Source of the DNA: Chiloscyllium plagiosum | Lineage: Eukaryota | Reading direction: 5' to 3' | NCBI RefSeq assembly: GCF_004010195.1 | Contig: NC_057755.1 | Coordinates: 2,581,246 to 2,645,245, forward strand | Length of the DNA: 64,000 nt | In this document: in pieces, positions 62,570-64,000 of the stretch | Numbering within the stretch: position 1 is the stretch's first letter | Layout: every line of letters starts with the position of its first letter | The notes under the pieces: generated by a model | Database searches by the model: none | Told to the model about the DNA's origin: nothing | The model's input: only the letters and a program-made list of their open reading frames with translations | Translations under genes and position numbers: made by a program

Positions 62570-64000
62570 ACAGTTATAGAGATGTACAGCACGGAATCAG
62601 ACCCTTTAGTTCAACTGATGACCAGATATCCGAAATGAATCTAGTCCCATTTCCAGTACTTGGGCCATATCCCTCTAAACCCTTCCTATTCATTTATGCA
62701 TCCATATGCCTTTTAAATGTTGTAATAGGACCAGCCTCCACCACTTCCTCCGGCAGTTCATTCCATACACGCACCACCCTCTGTGTGAAAACATTGCCCC
62801 TGAGATATTTATATCTTTTATATCTTTCCCCTCTAAACACTAAACCTATACCCTCTAGTTCTGGACTCCCCCACCCCCCAAAAATACCTTGTCTTATTTT
62901 CTATCCATGCCCCTCATGAATTTATAAACCTCTATATGGTCACTCCACAGCCTCCGATGCTCCAGGGAAAGCAGCCCCAACCCATTCAGCCTCTCCCTGT
63001 AGTTCAAACCCTCCAACCCTGGCAACATCCTTGTAAGTCTTTTCTGAACCCGTTCAAGTTTTACAACATCCTTTCAGTCGGAGGCAGAGTAGAATTGCAA
63101 CACAATATTCTGACAGTGGCCTAACCAATGTCCTGTACAGCCACAACGTGACCTCCCAACTCCTATACTCAGTGTTCTGACCAATAAAGCATACCAAACA
63201 CCTTCTTCAATATCCTACTTACCTGTGACTCCCCTCTCAATCTTCTGTGGTCTAAGGACAATGACCCAATCTTTTCAATCTCTCTTCATAACTGAAACTC
63301 TCCAGCTCAGGCAACATCCTTGCAAGTCTCTTGTACATCCTCTCCTGTTCTATCACATCCATCCTATAATGTGGATTCCAAAAATGCACATAACAATGTC
63401 ACTGTCCCCAAACCAATGTTTTATCCAGTTCCAATGTAACCTCCCAGCTCAAACTCTGTGCTCAACAAGTGAAGGCAATATCCCATCAGTTTACCACTTG
63501 ACCTGGTGCTTAAATGACCTGTGAACATGCGCATCAAGGTCCCTCTGATCTTCAGTGTTTCCCAGTGTCCCATAATTCTTCATGGATTCCCTGACCATAT
63601 TGGATCTCCTGCAACCTAAGTCTACTTAGCACCACACTAGTTTGCATATCGTCCAGGAACTCATTGATCAATCCTCCTACATTCAAGTCAAAATTATTTC
63701 CATAAACCCAGAAACAGCGAGGGCCCCCAATACTGGTCCCTGCAAGATGCCACTGGGCACAAGCTTCCCGTGACAGAAACACATCTCAATCCCTGTCACC
63801 CTCTGCTTCCTGCCACTCAGCCAACTGGGGATCCAATTTGCCAAATTCCCTTGGAACCCAAGGGGCCTTATTTTGCAATCAGTCTCCGATGCGGGACCTT
63901 ATCAAAAGCCCCACTGACGTCCAAGTAAAAGACACCAAATGAATTGCTGCCATCTGCACGTCTGGTCACCTCTTTGAAAAGGTCAATTATGTTGGTCAGA
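62570..64000 (-). mobile_element. Two CR1 LINE fragments (62570-63225 and 63225-64000)
   Basis: Reverse-complement CR1 3' end and RT region (FDKVPH at ~63890-63908). Confidence 0.8.

Overview
Vertebrate genomic DNA, not prokaryotic. The HE1/V-SINEs, abundant CR1-type LINE fragments and GPR139-like receptor genes point to a cartilaginous fish (shark); the taxon is my inference. The window is dominated by a direct segmental duplication: copy A = 1-25750 (it runs off the left edge) and copy B = 36233-61035. The copies differ by a few percent and carry many copy-specific indels and one inversion. Each copy holds a two-exon class A (rhodopsin-type) GPCR of the GPR139/GPR142-like group. It is intact in A (16412-16481 + 19566-20473, 325 aa) and broken by a TGG>TGA nonsense change in B. 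A third, more divergent paralogue lies on the minus strand between the copies (30729-28378) and is a pseudogene with three frameshifts and no canonical splice donor. Most of the rest is decayed mobile DNA: CR1 LINEs, V-SINEs, Penelope-like elements with minimal hammerhead-ribozyme motifs, a split Gypsy gag-protease remnant containing an 18-bp minisatellite, and probable solo LTRs. There are four assembly gaps. Most ORFs in the supplied track are TE debris. I found no convincing wholly new biological system. The best leads are the receptor birth-and-death cluster, the rearrangement history readable by comparing A with B, and the hammerhead-bearing Penelope derivatives. TE boundaries are approximate and family names come from motif recognition, not database searches.
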